DNA of 64,000 nt from Mobula hypostoma. Taxonomy: Eukaryota. Under the pieces are notes generated by a model. It was not told where the DNA came from. It made no database searches and saw only the letters and a list, made by a program, of their open reading frames with translations. Every line of letters starts with the position of its first letter. Within the stretch, counting starts at the first letter, position 1. The position numbers were made by a program, and so were the translations under genes. Shown here one piece after another: positions 12,871-26,443 of this stretch. Where the stretch lies: NCBI RefSeq assembly GCF_963921235.1, contig NC_086108.1, positions 26,412,001-26,476,000 of the forward strand. Reading direction: 5' to 3'.

Positions 12871-13500
12871 TCAAGCAACACACACACAATGCTGGAGAAA
12901 CTCAGCAGGCCAGGCAGCATTTATAGAGAAAAGTACAATCGACGTTTTGGGCCGAGACCCTTCGGCAGGGCAACAGAGAAAAAGCTGAGGCGTAGATTTA
13001 AAAGGTGAGGGGAGGAGAGAGAGAAACACAAGATGATAGGTGAAATCGGGAGGGGAGGAGTGAAGTAAAGAGCTGCGAAGTTAATTGGTGAAAGAGATAC
13101 AGGGCTGAAGAAGGGAGAGTCTGATAGGAGAGAACAGAAGTTCATAGCAGAAAGAAAACAGGGAGGAGCACCAGAGGGGGAGGTGATGGTCAAGCAAGGA
13201 GATAGGGTGAGAGAGGGAAAAAGGAGAGGGGGAATGGTGCCATGGTGGGGGGGGGGGTGCAGAGGGGACATTTCCAAAAGTTCGAGAAATTGTAGTTCAT
13301 GCCATGTTGGAGGCTACTAAGACAGAATATAAGGTGTTGTTCCTCCAATCTGTGACCACATCGTGACAGTAGAGGTGGCCATGGGTTGACATATCGGAAT
13401 GGGAATGGGAAGTGGAATTAAAATGGATGGCCACTGGGAGTTCCCACTTCTTCTGGTGGATGGCACGTAGGTGTTCAGGGAAATGGTCTCCCAATCTAAG
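12871..13500 (-). mobile_element. Penelope-like element 3' part with GIY-YIG endonuclease remnant
   Basis: Minus-strand peptide LRLGDHFPEHLRAI...LPVAIHFNSTSHSHSDMS, followed by the same terminal segment as 11527-12435. Confidence 0.85.
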
Positions 13501-15079
13501 ATTCTTAAGATGTTCTGCCATTCATTAGGATCATGGCTGATCCAACATTCCTTCACCCTATTTTCCTGCCGATTCCTTGCTTCCCCAACTCATTAGAAAT
13601 CTATCCATATCCACCTTAACTATTTCTAAGGGCTTAGCCATTATAGCTCTCTCTCTTTTAAGAGGTTCTAACACCTTCCAACTGACTGAGGAGAAATTCT
13701 TCTTTATCCTGGTTTTATATTGCTTGGAATCATAGTATTGAAGGTGAAGTTGTTGTCAATAAACAATAGCCTAATGTAGGTATCTTTACTGTCCACATGT
13801 TTCAGAGATGTCTAGGCTCAGGAAGATGAGATAATAGACCTGTTTTCAGCAGTAGGCAGCTTCACATTTAACCTGACCCACTGATAAACCAGGCTTGTGC
13901 CAGTAGTATGATTTTCATAAGATGATCTCAGGGAATTGGGTCAGGTTGTTCCAAGATGTCATGTCCTTGGCCTCACACGTAACAGGACCCAACATGGGGC
14001 TGGAATTCTCCCTCTGATACATCTCCAGTATGGCGAGCCCTTCTCAGCTATGCTTCTTTACTTTTTGAGTCTCCATCGCAATATCAACTCTCCTGCAATA
14101 GGTATTCTCATAAATCCTGACCCTCTGAGTTTGATCGCCCTATCTCACTAAATCATTCCTAATTGCCTCTGAACCAACACCTAAATGGACCCATGAAGCC
14201 CCTAGCCAAGTCTCCAGTCTGATCATTGGTTTGATTCACTCTGACAGAGGCCCTGATCTGATTCCAAAGAGAATTCTCCACTCTGACCAGTCAATCCCCA
14301 GCATCCTGCTGAATCCTTGATCCATTTGTTGACCCCAAATTTGGAGGTGATCCAAACACCAGCATGAGCTATCCTCTAACTGCCAGCCTCTCTACTCTGC
14401 AACTCCCTGAAGCAGATTACATAGGAACATAGAAATGTGGACTTGGTGAGTTCCCTGGGTCCATCACATTCGTGCATTCATTTAATAAGATTACGCCCGA
14501 TCTGATCGTGACTTCACCTCTGCATTCCCTGTGGTAATTTTTGCTTATCTTTTAACTTCTCCTGCTTAAAAAATATTCAATGACTCTGTTTCCACGCCAT
14601 TTGAGGAAGAGGTTCTAGAGATTCAGGGCCCAATGAGGGAAAAAGATCACCTCAGACCTGCTTTATGCAGGTGACCCCCATTCTTTTAATTCTCGATTCC
14701 CCAACTCTGTAAAACATCCTCTCCATATCCGTCCTTTCTCAGAATTCTCAAGGCATTATTTCTCAGTTGAGTCCCCTCTCACTCTTCTAAACTCTAAAAT
14801 TTAAGTTTATTTACCTCTCCCCATAAGAAAAAAACACTTTTTGTTTCATGTTCACTGGCCAACTTTCTATCCAGACTGATAAGTTACCTTCTGCATCACA
14901 CTGGATTAATTTGATACTTTCCCTTCTGGGTACATAATTCAAAGTTTCTGAAGTGTGTATGGAACTGACTGAGGAAAAGACTGCTCAAACATTAATGATC
15001 TCAGATCAAATACTAAACTAAGCCAGCAGCAAGCTTTTCCCCAACGTCAGACAATTCACAGTGGGCATGTCAAACCACA

Positions 15080-15560
15080 AGAGAGGTGGCATGAACATCT
15101 TCCAAATCCATTAGTTGACATTGGTGAACAATGTTAGCACTGAAGCTTTGAACACTTAGCTTGTTCCAATGTCTTCGGAGCGTGATGCAAGTTCTCTATG
15201 CTGAGCTGCAGCTTGGGAAAATTTTTCCAGGAAGACAGAGAGAGCTCTTATAGGACATTCAAAAAGTCTGTATTCAAAGAAGTGTAACATCCCCAAGACA
15301 ATGCCTAACCTGTGGACAGCCCTGTCATCTGCCCTGTAAAAAGCAATGGAACATTCAGTAAAGCACTGATGGCATTGAGCTCTGTAACAGGAGTACATGG
15401 AGACCAAACCTAAGCAGCAGGAGCACATGGTGACCCAAACAACCACCCACCTGTCCCACTTGTGGCAAAGTCTGATTGATCCATGTAGGATCAATTGTTC
15501 ACCTCAGAATCCCAGAATCAGTGTTGAGGGAAGATATCTTTCAAATCCAAGTGACTGCTT
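15080..15560 (+). mobile_element. Old RTE-clade LINE 3' remnant
   Basis: Degenerate LYAELQLGK...GRQ... motif at ~15194-15240, typical of the RTE ORF C-terminus. Heavily decayed. Confidence 0.5.
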
Positions 15561-18450
15561 GAGTGGGAGGGACGTTTGGCTTGTTGGCTTTTGGGTTGAA
15601 GTTTGCTGTAGAGGGTTTCTGTTATGAAAAGGATTGAACTCCTCCCCCTGCACTGTGAATATCCAGGTCAGAGTGTCCATGAACTCAGAGCAGGCAAAGA
15701 CAGCTTATTCTGCAAATACAGTTCATTTAGAGAGCAGAAGAACCAGAAACTACTTTTCCCCACAAAAGTAGAATAATTTCTCCAGTGGAAAGTAGTTAGA
15801 TATAGATTATCATAACAATGCAATACCAGACTTGATGAACAGAAGGATTTTCAAATTAACCGAACTTGGGTAGGACACAGCGTTTGTCATTCACTTTCAG
15901 CCTTTAACAAACTCCTCTGATCTCTTTCTCAAACTTCAAGTTTTACTTATGAAGAGTATTCATATCTCCAAGCTAACTAATTTCTAACATAATTGGCATA
16001 GATTCACTTTGCATTATTACGAGTTCCAATTATCTTTGGAACAAAATGTTTCAATTCACCACTCGTGATCTTCCATACCATGAATGAATATTGTACTGTA
16101 GAATTTGTGCTTACTCTCTCTTTGGGAGAGAGTAAAATGGACATTGTAAAATTTCTGTGATTATATCTCATGCTGTCCTTTCACTTTGATTAAATATCAC
16201 AGAGTTTACCCACTGAAACAAATCATTGCTTACAGTCTGCTTCAGTGCTATAAACAGATGTGCATGTTTGGTTAATTGAAATTGCCCCAAGTATGTACAT
16301 GAGTGATAAAATCTATGGAGAGTTCATAGACAGGATAAAATGGGATTAGTTTACTGTGAATGCATGCTTGATGGTTGACGTGGACTTGGTGGAAAGGCCT
16401 ATTTCCATCCTGTATGACTGATCTCGCCATTATTTTGTGTAAATTTAATGACATAACTTGCTTGTCACGGTTACGTCGAAACAGTGTTTGTCACTTCAGT
16501 CTACCAACACTAGACCTCGACCCTCTATATTGCCCTTATGAACATAACTACTTTCATCTGTAATAGATCAGTGCTCATCACCCCTATGAGCTCCTCTGAT
16601 GTTAATTGTTAATCTAGGTTTATATCATTTATGTTGTCATGTTTAAAATGCACTGTGTTGCTGCTGCTAAAAGCTCATATTCATGGCATTCATACACTGG
16701 GTGTGTATGCCCATGACAATAAATTTGATACTTCAAATTAACTTGGAGATAAAGACTCGAACTGATAGAAAGGTTTACCTTCTATCGCTTTTTGAATGGA
16801 GATATTTATTGTAAATTTCCCATTTCCTAATCCCAATATCATATTAGTTCTACATCAAAGGTTCACAGTTTCAGAGTAGATTTATTATTGAAGTATGTAT
16901 ACAGAATACCACTCTGAGATTCAACCCCCCCCTCCCCCCCCCGCCGGCAGCCACGGGACAAAGAAACACCATGGAGCCCGTTCAAGAAAACATCAAACAC
17001 CAATATGTGAAAAAGAACAAATTGAGCAAACAGCAAAACGCGAACGAACAACAGATAGAATATCAAACATCAAACCAGCAGCACTGAGTTTAGTTCAGCT
17101 CAGCACTGCGCCACTAGCCAATGCAGCCTGCAAAGCCGTTCTTTGCTGAATGTCTTCTTATTTAAACAGCTAATAATTTGATGTAAATTCCTCTTTACAT
17201 CAAAACCCATAGATTTTTGTTGAAGGAATTGAAGTGTCAGTTTCTTAATTAATCGTTCAGATACAGTATAATCCTTATGTCTTTTTCTGTACCTGCGCAC
17301 TTTGGACAGCAAGGAGGCCATGCACCTAGCTGCTGTCTCACAGTTCCAGTCTCAGTTTTAATCCTGACCTCAGGTGCTGTTTATGTGGAGTCTGCTTATT
17401 ATTCATCTGAACATTTGATCATTAGAAATCAGCCCAGCAGGTATGTCGGTGGTACAATCTAGAGAGGAGAGGTGGCGATATTGGCATAATAAAATGTGGT
17501 TCATGTAAATGGGTGCTTGATGGTTGATGGGAACTTGGCAAATGGAGGGTCGGTTTCTATGCTGTGTGACTCTATCCATTCTGTCAAATACAAGCCAGCA
17601 CAGGATTACAACTGTGGTCTCTCCATTTTGTAGAAGTGTAACAATATACAGTACTATTACTTTCCATGGTCCTAAGTCCAATAGTTTGGTTTGTATTCAG
17701 TTCACATGAGTACAAAAATTTGTGAATGTACGTGTTTTACTTCAGTGAAAGAAATTTGTAGGCAATAAAATTATAAAATTCATGAATGGTGTAGTCTTAA
17801 AAATATATTATCTAACAGACTGTGTTGTGCTTTGAGTTGATCTAATTATTTGATTATGAAAGAATATCTGTAATGCTTTTTGGATTATTTCTCAAATGAA
17901 CGTTGTAAATTTCAGTGTTACATATGCCTATGGGCAAATAAACACAAACAAATATTAGTCTTGATTTTCACTGTCAGAATCTTGACTCCTGTCCAAAATC
18001 CAGTTGCATGAGAGGGGAATCAGAGAAAAACCAACTGGAGGAGCACTATTGCAGAACGTTCTTGTTAGAGTGAAGTTTATAATATTCTTTTGTGAGAATG
18101 ATAAAAACTGCGGGTTAAGGAGTGGTCCATCTGGCTTTGTTTCAGATCTTGAGTTTTGATAGAGGAAAGGAAGTTCTGCAAGTAGCTCATTATGAGGGGA
18201 ACTAAATTTAATGTTAGTAGCTATTGATTCAGAATGGAAGTGAGCAGAATTTTCATTTCTCAGATCTAGGAGTCTCTGTCCAAACTGGCAGTGAAAGCTG
18301 ATTTCATAAAGAGTTTTTGGAGGTTTGGATAGAATCTGAGGATAACAACTTAAGAGTTAGACAAACAACATGTGGGATTGAACAGGACTAGTTAAATAGC
18401 CCTGTGTTGTCCACAGAACAGAACTTGTTGACTTAGTTCTCCATTTAGAA

Positions 18451-18501
18451 AAGAAGTTCCCAAACTTTTTTATGTCATGGACCCCAGGTTGGGAATTCCT
18501 G
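18451..18501. mobile_element. Minimal hAT-Charlie MITE (~51 bp)
   Basis: GTTCCCAAAC...GGTTGGGAATTCCTG; flanks ATTTAGAA / ATCTAGAG resemble an NTCTAGAN 8-bp TSD. Confidence 0.65.
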
Positions 18502-19158
18502 ATCTAGAGTCACCACCAGTCCATGCTATTGAGATCCAGTTATGGAGGACATACCTTGCTGCATCTCTGAGAGATCAGTGAGAGAAAACCCTCACCCCCA
18601 CCACCAGCCAGAAATGCCTCAGAAAGCTCCGTCCCCAATCTCGCCTATTACAAATACCGTGTGGGTAACTTAGTTGTTGGCTAATTATGTCTGGCACTCA
18701 GAGACATTTGATATTTATTAAAATTTAAGTGAACAATTAGGAAACATAAAAAGCCTTATAGAACATGAATAATTTCAGACATTAATCTGAAGTGAAATAA
18801 TTAAACAGAACTAATTCACTTTGCCCTTGGCCTCCTAATATAGAGCCCATCAATCCCAATCGAAATCAAAGGTGTTTTGGATACTGTGCCTCATCAGAAC
18901 TGATATAGGATCTGTGAAATGATTTGCCCAACACGGTTCATGAAAAATTCCAAGAAGAAATGGTCTTGAAGCAGGATAAGCTGGGCTGAGTTAAATGAGA
19001 TGACCCATGTTTTTCTGTATTTGGGCCTTTAAATCCACTCATACTTTTGGGACACCATGTTTGATGACATACTCCTGAAAGTCCCAAATTGTGTAAAAGG
19101 CCAAACGCTAGTGGTTTCATTTGCAGTCAGGTTAAATATGACCCAGTATCTCTTAGTG

Positions 19159-19390
19159 CAGGGGTCCCCTACCTTTTTTGCACCATGGACCAGTTTAATA
19201 TTGACAATATTCCTGCGGACTGGCCAACGGGGTGGGGTTGGGTGTTCAAGTTCAACAGTGTGTGAGAGGGAGGGAAGGTGCAGCTGACTCATATTGTTTC
19301 ATATCGCCAAATCATATCGTTTCCTCGCGGCCCAGTAGCACATCTTTGCGGCCTGGTACCGGTCCGCGGCCCAGCGGTTGGGGACCATTG
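19159..19390 (-). mobile_element. hAT-Charlie non-autonomous element
   Basis: TIRs CAGGGGTCCCC...GGGGACCATTG with a perfect 8-bp TSD TCTTAGTG. Both ends match, in opposite orientation, the Charlie element at 36654-37841. Confidence 0.9.
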
Positions 19391-19701
19391 TCTTAGTGGA
19401 TTGACTGATTGAGTCTGCAGTATTTCCGCCCCGCCTTCTATTATTAATGTATTTCTACCTTTTATTTCATTGTTTTTCACTCTACTAAGAATTGACAAAA
19501 TAGGAAGATCCTTCCCCTTGCTTCTCACCAGATAAGATGAATGCAATGGGTGTGCATTACCAGACACGTATGTTCAGTGGAAGCTGAATAAAGAAAGTTC
19601 ATGCTGGTACAGATATCTAAGACGTAAAAGAAGCATTTTCAGGGAACATAAAGAACTGGAGTTAATTAGAAAAACAAAGTAGTCTAATTTAATTTTCACC
19701 A

Positions 19702-19980
19702 TACACAAAATGCTGGAGGAACTCAACAGGGGAGATTTGAAAAGTGGGGGAGAGGAGAGAGAAACACCAGGTGATAGGTGAAACTTGGAGGGGGAGGAGT
19801 TAAGCAAAGAGCTAGGAAGTTGATCTACTCCTCAGCCTTTTCTCTCCAGTCCTCTCGAAGGATTTCGGCCTGAAACGTCGACTGTACTTTTTTCCATAGA
19901 TGCTGCCTGGCCTGCTGAGTTCCTCCAGCATTTTGTATGTGTAGCTGGGACTTCCCGCATCTGCAGATTTTCTCCTGTTT
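19702..19980. mobile_element. Penelope-like termini in inverted arrangement
   Basis: ACACAAAATGCTGGAGGAACTCA at ~19703 and its reverse complement TGAGTTCCTCCAGCATTTTGT at ~19915-19937. Confidence 0.75.
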
Positions 19981-20385
19981 GTAATATTTTCAATGAACAG
20001 TGAATAGATTTTTAAACATGTCTCATATAAAGACTGCATAAAATCTTATATTTAAATCAGAACATAAATGAATGCAGGGCTCTTCTTCACAACAGTGTCA
20101 ACTAATCATAATACATGTGCAACAACTGGTAAATAAAAAGACAGTAATGGGTTGGGAAATTTTATGTATGAATGTTTGCAATGGCAGAACTCCTCACAAG
20201 GAGATAAATGGCTGGGGTGCATGCTCTGCGGCTATCAGCTGATGAGAGTATCAAGTTTGCAGGATTCAGAACATAAGTGTAGGGAGAGAAATAATTCTGA
20301 TTAAACTCATTGGCCAGGTCCAGTAATGTCTGTTGGAGGAAGAGTTAGAGGAGGAGACACAAGAGAATGTGTAGCAACAAAAAAC

Positions 20386-20655
20386 CATGGTGGCTTAGCA
20401 GTTGTTATGACACTATTACAGCTCGGGGTGTCAGAATTCTGATTTCAATCCTAGCATCCTCTGGAAGGAGTTTGTATGTCTTCCCTGGAGGTGCTTTGGT
20501 TTCCTCCCACAATCCAGAGACATAATGGTCAGTAGGTTAATTGGCCATTGTAAATTGTTCCATGATTGGGCTCGGGTTAAATGAGTGGATTGCCAGTGAA
20601 ATGGATTGGAGTGTTTGTGAAGGGCCATTCTGCGCTGTCTCTCAATAAATAAATA
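20386..20655 (+). mobile_element. tRNA-derived V-SINE-like element
   Basis: Degenerate tRNA head, V-domain-like GGTTTCCTCCCACAATCCAGAGAC...GGTTAATTGG...TAAATTG, and (AAAT)n tail. Confidence 0.75.
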
Positions 20656-20761
20656 TGTTGTAAGATCTCAGCAAGTCAGAAAGCATCTGTGGAAGGAAAA
20701 GAACAGTCGACTTTTCTGGACTAGATGAAGAGACCGAAATGTGGGCTGTCCATTTCCAAAA

Positions 20762-22205
20762 TTCAAAAGTCAAAGTTAAATTTATTATCAAATAAATTAT
20801 GTACACATCACTCTATACAACCCTGAGATTCATTTTCTTGTGGGCATTCACAGTAAATACAAAGAAACACAATACAATCAATGAAGAAACACACACAAGA
20901 AAGATGAACAAACAACCAATCTGCAAAGGACAACAAACTATACAAATATAAAAAGAAAGAAGGCAAAATAATAATTATAAATAAATAAGCAATAAATATT
21001 GAAAACATGTGTTGTAGAGCCCTTAAAAGTGAATCCATTGTTTAAAGTTCAAAGTAAATTTACTATCAAAGTACATATTTGGTGCCATATACAGCCCCAA
21101 GATTAATTTGCTTGTGAACGTATTCAAGAAAGCCAATAACCATAATAGAATGAATGAAAGATCGTACCAACAGGGCAGATAATCTTTGTGCTAAAGACAA
21201 CAAACTGTGCAAATACAGAAGAGAAAAATAATAATAATAATAAATAAATAAGCAATAAATATCGAAAACATGAGATGAAGAGTTCTTAAAAGTGAGACTA
21301 TAGATTGGGGGAACAGTTCAGTAAAGGGAAAGTGAAGTTGAGTGAAGTTATTCCTTCTGGTTCAAGATCCTGATGGTTGAGGGGTAATAACTGTCCTTAA
21401 CCTGGTGGTGTGTGTCTTAAAGGCTCCTGTACCTCCATCCTGATGGCAGGAGCAGGTAGAGAGCATGGCTTGGATGGTGGGGGTCCTTGAAGATAGATGT
21501 TGCTTTCCTGCAAAAGCACTCCTTGAGATGTGCTCCATGGTGGGTAGGGCTTTACCTTTGATGGACCTGTATCCACTATTTTTGTAGGCCTTTCCATTCA
21601 AGGGCATTGGTGTATTGGTGTTTCCATAGTAGGCCAGAATGCAAGCAGTCAGTATGCTTTTCACTACTCATCTATAGATGCTTGCCAATGTTTTAGATGA
21701 CATGCTGAATCTTTACAAATGTCTAAGAAAATAGAGGCGCTGCCATGCCTTATTTGTAATAGCACATGTACTGGACCTAAGATATGATAATGCCAAGAAA
21801 TATAAAGTCATTGACACTCTCTACCTCTAATTCCCTGATGAAGACTGGCTTATGGATCTCCTGTTTCCTCCTCCTGTAGTTAATAACTAGCTCTTTGGTT
21901 TTACGGATATTAATTGAGAGTTTGTTGTGGCACCATTCAGCTGGATTTTCAAGTTCTCTCCGATATGCTGATTCCTCAACACCTTTGATTTGCCAAAAAC
22001 AGTGTCATCAGCAAACTTAAATGTGGCTTTGGATCTGTGCTCAGTCTGACAGTCATGTGTAAAGTGAGCAGAGCAGGGGGATAAGGACACAACCTTCTGG
22101 TGCAACTGTGCTGATGGTGATGGTAGAGGAGGTGTTGTTATCAATCTGAACTGACTGGAGTCTGCATGTGAGCAACTCAATGGGTCGGGCAGCATCCATC
22201 CATGT
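20762..22205 (-). mobile_element. Rex1/Babar LINE, 5'-truncated and decayed, with two tandem 3' tails
   Basis: Minus-strand peptides THDC...FKFADDTV and SILTACI..YG. The tail block occurs at 20762-21040 and again at 21045-21330. Confidence 0.8.
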
Positions 22206-22244
22206 TCCTTCAGCACATTGCTTGTTGCAACAGTTAGAATGTTT

Positions 22245-22433
22245 TCTCTCCTTCTCTATCTCTCTCTTTCCCCATCTCTCTCTGTCACACACACTAAACA
22301 CCCCCTCTCTCCCCTCTCCCTCCTCTCTCTCTCACGCACACACACACAGACTCTAACCCTCTCTCTCGTTCTCTGTCTCACACACACACTCTAACACCTC
22401 CTCTCTCTTCTCTCTGTCTCTCTCTCTCTCTCA

Positions 22434-22477
<44 letters not shown>

Positions 22478-22495
22478 CTAACTGCCTTTCTCTCT
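22245..22495. repeat. Low-complexity (TC)n/(AC)n tract
   Basis: Directly visible. Confidence 0.9.
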
Positions 22496-23395
22496 ACGTT
22501 GCACATATAGTAGACACACATTGACACATTGTAGAAATTAAAAATGCCCAGTGAAGTTGAGCTTATGGTTATGTTAGGACTAAAAGAGAGATATTTTTCT
22601 TTCAGTCCTCTTGAAAGATATCTCACAGTGCTTTTGGATAAACTCAGGAAAGAGCACAGCATACATGAGGGAAGGTGTTACACCATTCCCATCTTAATTT
22701 CACTTCAATTCACTAAACGCTGTTTTCCATATTTTTCTTTGGGATACCTGTAATGATAAACCTCTTGCACGGAAACTGCAGGTCCACTGTTAGTTTTACA
22801 TGGAAGTAAATGAATAAATGTATAAAACAGTAGAGGATTGTGTTTACAATCACTGGATGAAGCTCCTTGTTGGCAACTTAGTTATGCCTTCTCCACACCT
22901 CTGATACCAACAACTAGAAATGAGAATGCATCTTTTTTTTTCATGTATGTATGTGTGCGTGTGGGGTGGGGTGGGGAGGTGGGGCTGAGGGGTGCTGTTG
23001 GGGATGACGGAGTATGTACATGCATGTGTATGTCGTGTTAACCTCTTCCCTTTTCCAATGATCTAAAATCCCAGGCAGAATTAGCCACATTCTTACAATA
23101 TGAAATAATCTCACAATCTCAAACATTGCCAGGCAATTTTATTTTAACAGAAGGTTCAAGTTTTATGTAACATCTTCAGAAGAAGTGCCAGTAACTACAC
23201 TTGGACGAAGATGCTGAACAACCGGTGAGCTGTCTTCACAATTCAGTTCAGAAAGAATTCATATTTACATAATTATTTCTACAACCTCAAAAGAAATTCA
23301 GAGACTTAGAGTCCCAGAGTCACCCAACTTAGAAGTCAGTCTAACTTCTCCATGTCCACTGTGGTGCCCACCAAGGTAGTCCCATTTGCCCACAC

Positions 23396-23760
23396 CAGAA
23401 TCAGGTTTAATATCTCCGGTATATGTTGTGAAATTTGTTAACTTAGTGGCAGTAGTACAATACAATACATAATAAATATAGAAAAAAAGCATATATATAT
23501 ATACTGTAATAGTGAGGTACTGTCATGGGTTCGATGTCCATTTAGAAATCAGATGGCAGAGTGGAAGAAACTGTTCTTGAATCACTGAGTGTGTGCCTTT
23601 AGGATTCTGTACCTCTTTCCTGACAGTAACAGTGAGAAGGGGGCATGCCCTGGGTGGGTAGTCCTTAATGACGGACACCACCTTTCTGAGGCACTGCTCC
23701 TCGAAGATGTCTTGGATACTACGGAGGCCAGTATCCATGATGGAGCTGATGAATATTACG
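23396..23760 (-). mobile_element. Rex1/Babar LINE 3' end
   Basis: CAGAATCAGGTTTAATAT tail; minus peptide SSIMDTGLRSIQDIFEEQCLRKVVSVIKD. Confidence 0.8.
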
Positions 23761-23789
23761 TTTTCTGCAGCTTCTATATCTGGCCCCAT

Positions 23790-24400
23790 ATCTCCCTCAA
23801 CCCTTCCTATCCTAGTGCTCAGTCAAAAGTATGTTAAATGATGTAATTGTACCTGCATTAAGCACTTTCTCTGGCAGCTCCTTCTATGTGCACACCACCG
23901 AGGTGCATGACCAAGTTGCCCCTATATTGCTTTTCAATTGTTCACCTCTCATCTATGCCTTCCAGTTTTTCATTCTCCCTCCCCTTGAAAAAGACTGTGG
24001 GCATTCATCCTGACTCTGCCCCCATGATGTTATACACCTCTACTCGCCTCTCCTCGTTCTTCTACGTTCCAAAGAATAAAGTCCTAGCATGACCATCTCT
24101 CCCTATATACAACTCAGGCCCTCGAGTCCTGGCAGCATGCTCGTAGATCTCTTCTGTACTCTTTCCATTTTAATGACATTCTTACAATGGGATGAGCAAA
24201 GCTGTACACAACATTGCAAATGCAGTGTCACTAGAGTCTTGTACAACAGCAACATAATGGCCCAAATTCTGTACTTGATGCCCTGGCTGATGAGGACTAG
24301 CATGCCAAATGGCTTTCTTTGCCACCCTCCTCTACATGTGATACCACTTTCAGTGAACCATGTACCTGTGCTCCAAGGTCACTCTGTTCCACAATATTCC
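23790..24400 (-). mobile_element. CR1 LINE 3' ORF2 remnant
   Basis: Minus peptide MLLLYKTLVTLHLQCCVQL...ERVQKRSTSMLPGLEGLS (CR1 LYKxLVRPHLEYCVQFW...LERVQRRFT). Confidence 0.85.
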
Positions 24401-25279
24401 CCAGGATCCAGACTTCACTGTATAACGTTCCAATTTCCAACGTTCAGCCCACAACATCAAGACCAACCAGTGCAGACCCATGCTTATTTAATCCTGTCTT
24501 CCAGCACTTGGCCTATAGTCTTGTTTGCCTGAGCTATTCAAGTGCTTACCTTGATAGGAAAGGATATCATTCTTTATGTGGATGGAAGTGCAATGTGGAT
24601 GTGGAATGAATAACATTGAATGCATCTTCTCTGATAAATGTAAACATTTCATCTTGTTATATTCTCCAGTTACTTTCTGCTTCTTGCTTTTATTTCTTAT
24701 TTAATCACTGTGCAAAGTTACATTTGGATATAATTCACTGAGCTTGACATTCCTAACCAGTTGGACAATCCTGGAGAAAGGTGGTCATGGAACCGTCTTT
24801 AATCTCAACTAGAGTGGACCTTGGATGCTCATTTACATGCAGGTCTACCTCCATTGCACCTCCCCCCCACCCCCTTCCACTTTAATCCCAAATCCTTGGC
24901 ATTCTTTCTTTGTAACACTCACAATCCCTCCACACGAATTTCCTTCATGTTTTTGTGCATCAGAATGGATCATATTCAGGTTGCTGTGTTCAGTAGTCTC
25001 AAATCCCAGCATACCTGTATATTCTGCGAGTCTGGGTATCCAGGCTCCTAGTGTTGCAACATTAAGCATTTCCTCTGCACCACCCCTTTGATCTGAACAC
25101 AAGAATGCATCCTTATCCTACAATTCCACATCACAAGATCACCCAATCACCCCACTTTGCAACAATTGACCAGATTAATGTAAGAAAGTTCAAGCAATGA
25201 ATTCCCGAAATGGTACTACTACACTCCTTATCTCTTGCATCCAAATCTTTTTTTCCAAATGTAATATAACCAAAATGCT

Positions 25280-25623
25280 ATATTGTTCCCAATGTTGGGG
25301 AAGTCCAGAACGAGGGGCCACCGTTTGAAGATAGAGGGGAAGCCTTTTAGGACCGAGATTAGGAAAAACTTCTTCACACAGAGAGTGGTGAATCTGTGGA
25401 ATTCTCTGCCACAGGAAACAGTTGAGGCCAGTTCATTGGCTATATTTAAGAGGGAGTTAGATATGGCCCTTGTGGCTACGGGGGTCAGGGGGTATGGAGG
25501 GAAGGCTGGGGCGGGGTTCTGAGTTGGATGATCAGCCATGATCATAATAAATGGCGGTGCAGGCTCGAAGGACCGAATGGCCTACTCCTGCACCTATTTT
25601 CTATGTTTCTATGTTTCTATGTT
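25280..25623 (+). mobile_element. Well-preserved CR1 LINE 3' end
   Basis: Open frame SRTRGHRLK...RKNFFTQRVVNLWNSLP...FKRELD, 3' UTR, and (TTTCTATG)n tail. Confidence 0.92.
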
Positions 25624-25779
25624 GGTGCAATATAACAAGGACACCAGCTCATAAGATCAGTAGTAGTTCAAGCCAACTCCACTATTCAATATAATCATCA
25701 CTGATCAATGCTAGCTTACCTATATCAGTTCCCCACTGCCCTCTGTCTCAGTTCCTCAATCTTGCAAATGTTAATTCTG

Positions 25780-26296
25780 CAGTACTGTGAAAAATCTTAG
25801 GCACATAATATAACGAGGGTGTCTAAGACTTTTACACAGTACTGTATTTTTCAATGTGGAATGGAGTGTGAGTTTGTAAAGATGCTGGGAGCAAAAGGTG
25901 TTGGGAATGGTGAGGATGTGGGACAGGTGACAGAGAAGGAGTGCCGGGGTGGTGGTGACGTGCGTGCAGCCACACCCAGCTCAGAGTCACCAGGCAAGGT
26001 CATTTGATTTCAAACAATTGGTTTATTGATCATTACAGAATGCCTCTCTGGTGCTTCCTGCTTCCTACCTTCTCCCTTCCCTTTTTCCCAACCATGATTC
26101 CCCTCTCCCTGCCCTCTTCCCATTCTCTGTCCACAATGGTGACCCATATCAGAATCAGGTTTATCATCACTCACACTCATGAAATTTGTTTTTTTTTGCA
26201 GCAGTATAGTGTAATACATAAAATTACTATGATACTATGAAGAGGTCTTAGGCTCCCTTGCTATATCTATGTGCCTAAAGACTTTTGCGCATTTTG
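25780..26296. mobile_element. Tc1-family composite non-autonomous element with a 65-bp mini-MITE at each end
   Basis: 25780-25844 and 26230-26296 are each bounded by the CAGTACTGTGCAAAAGTCTTAGG-type TIR pair and are approximate reverse complements of each other. A Rex tail lies inside at 26149-26228. Confidence 0.78.
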
Positions 26297-26443
26297 TATC
26301 TCTACCTTAAATACTGTATGTCAAATGATCCCGCCTCAGTCACCTTCAGAGCAGAAAGTTCCAGGGACTCATTACCATTTCTGTACATCTGAGTTTTAAA
26401 CAGCCAGCCCTTATCTTGGGGCTAAGTCCTCTTGTTTGTGACT

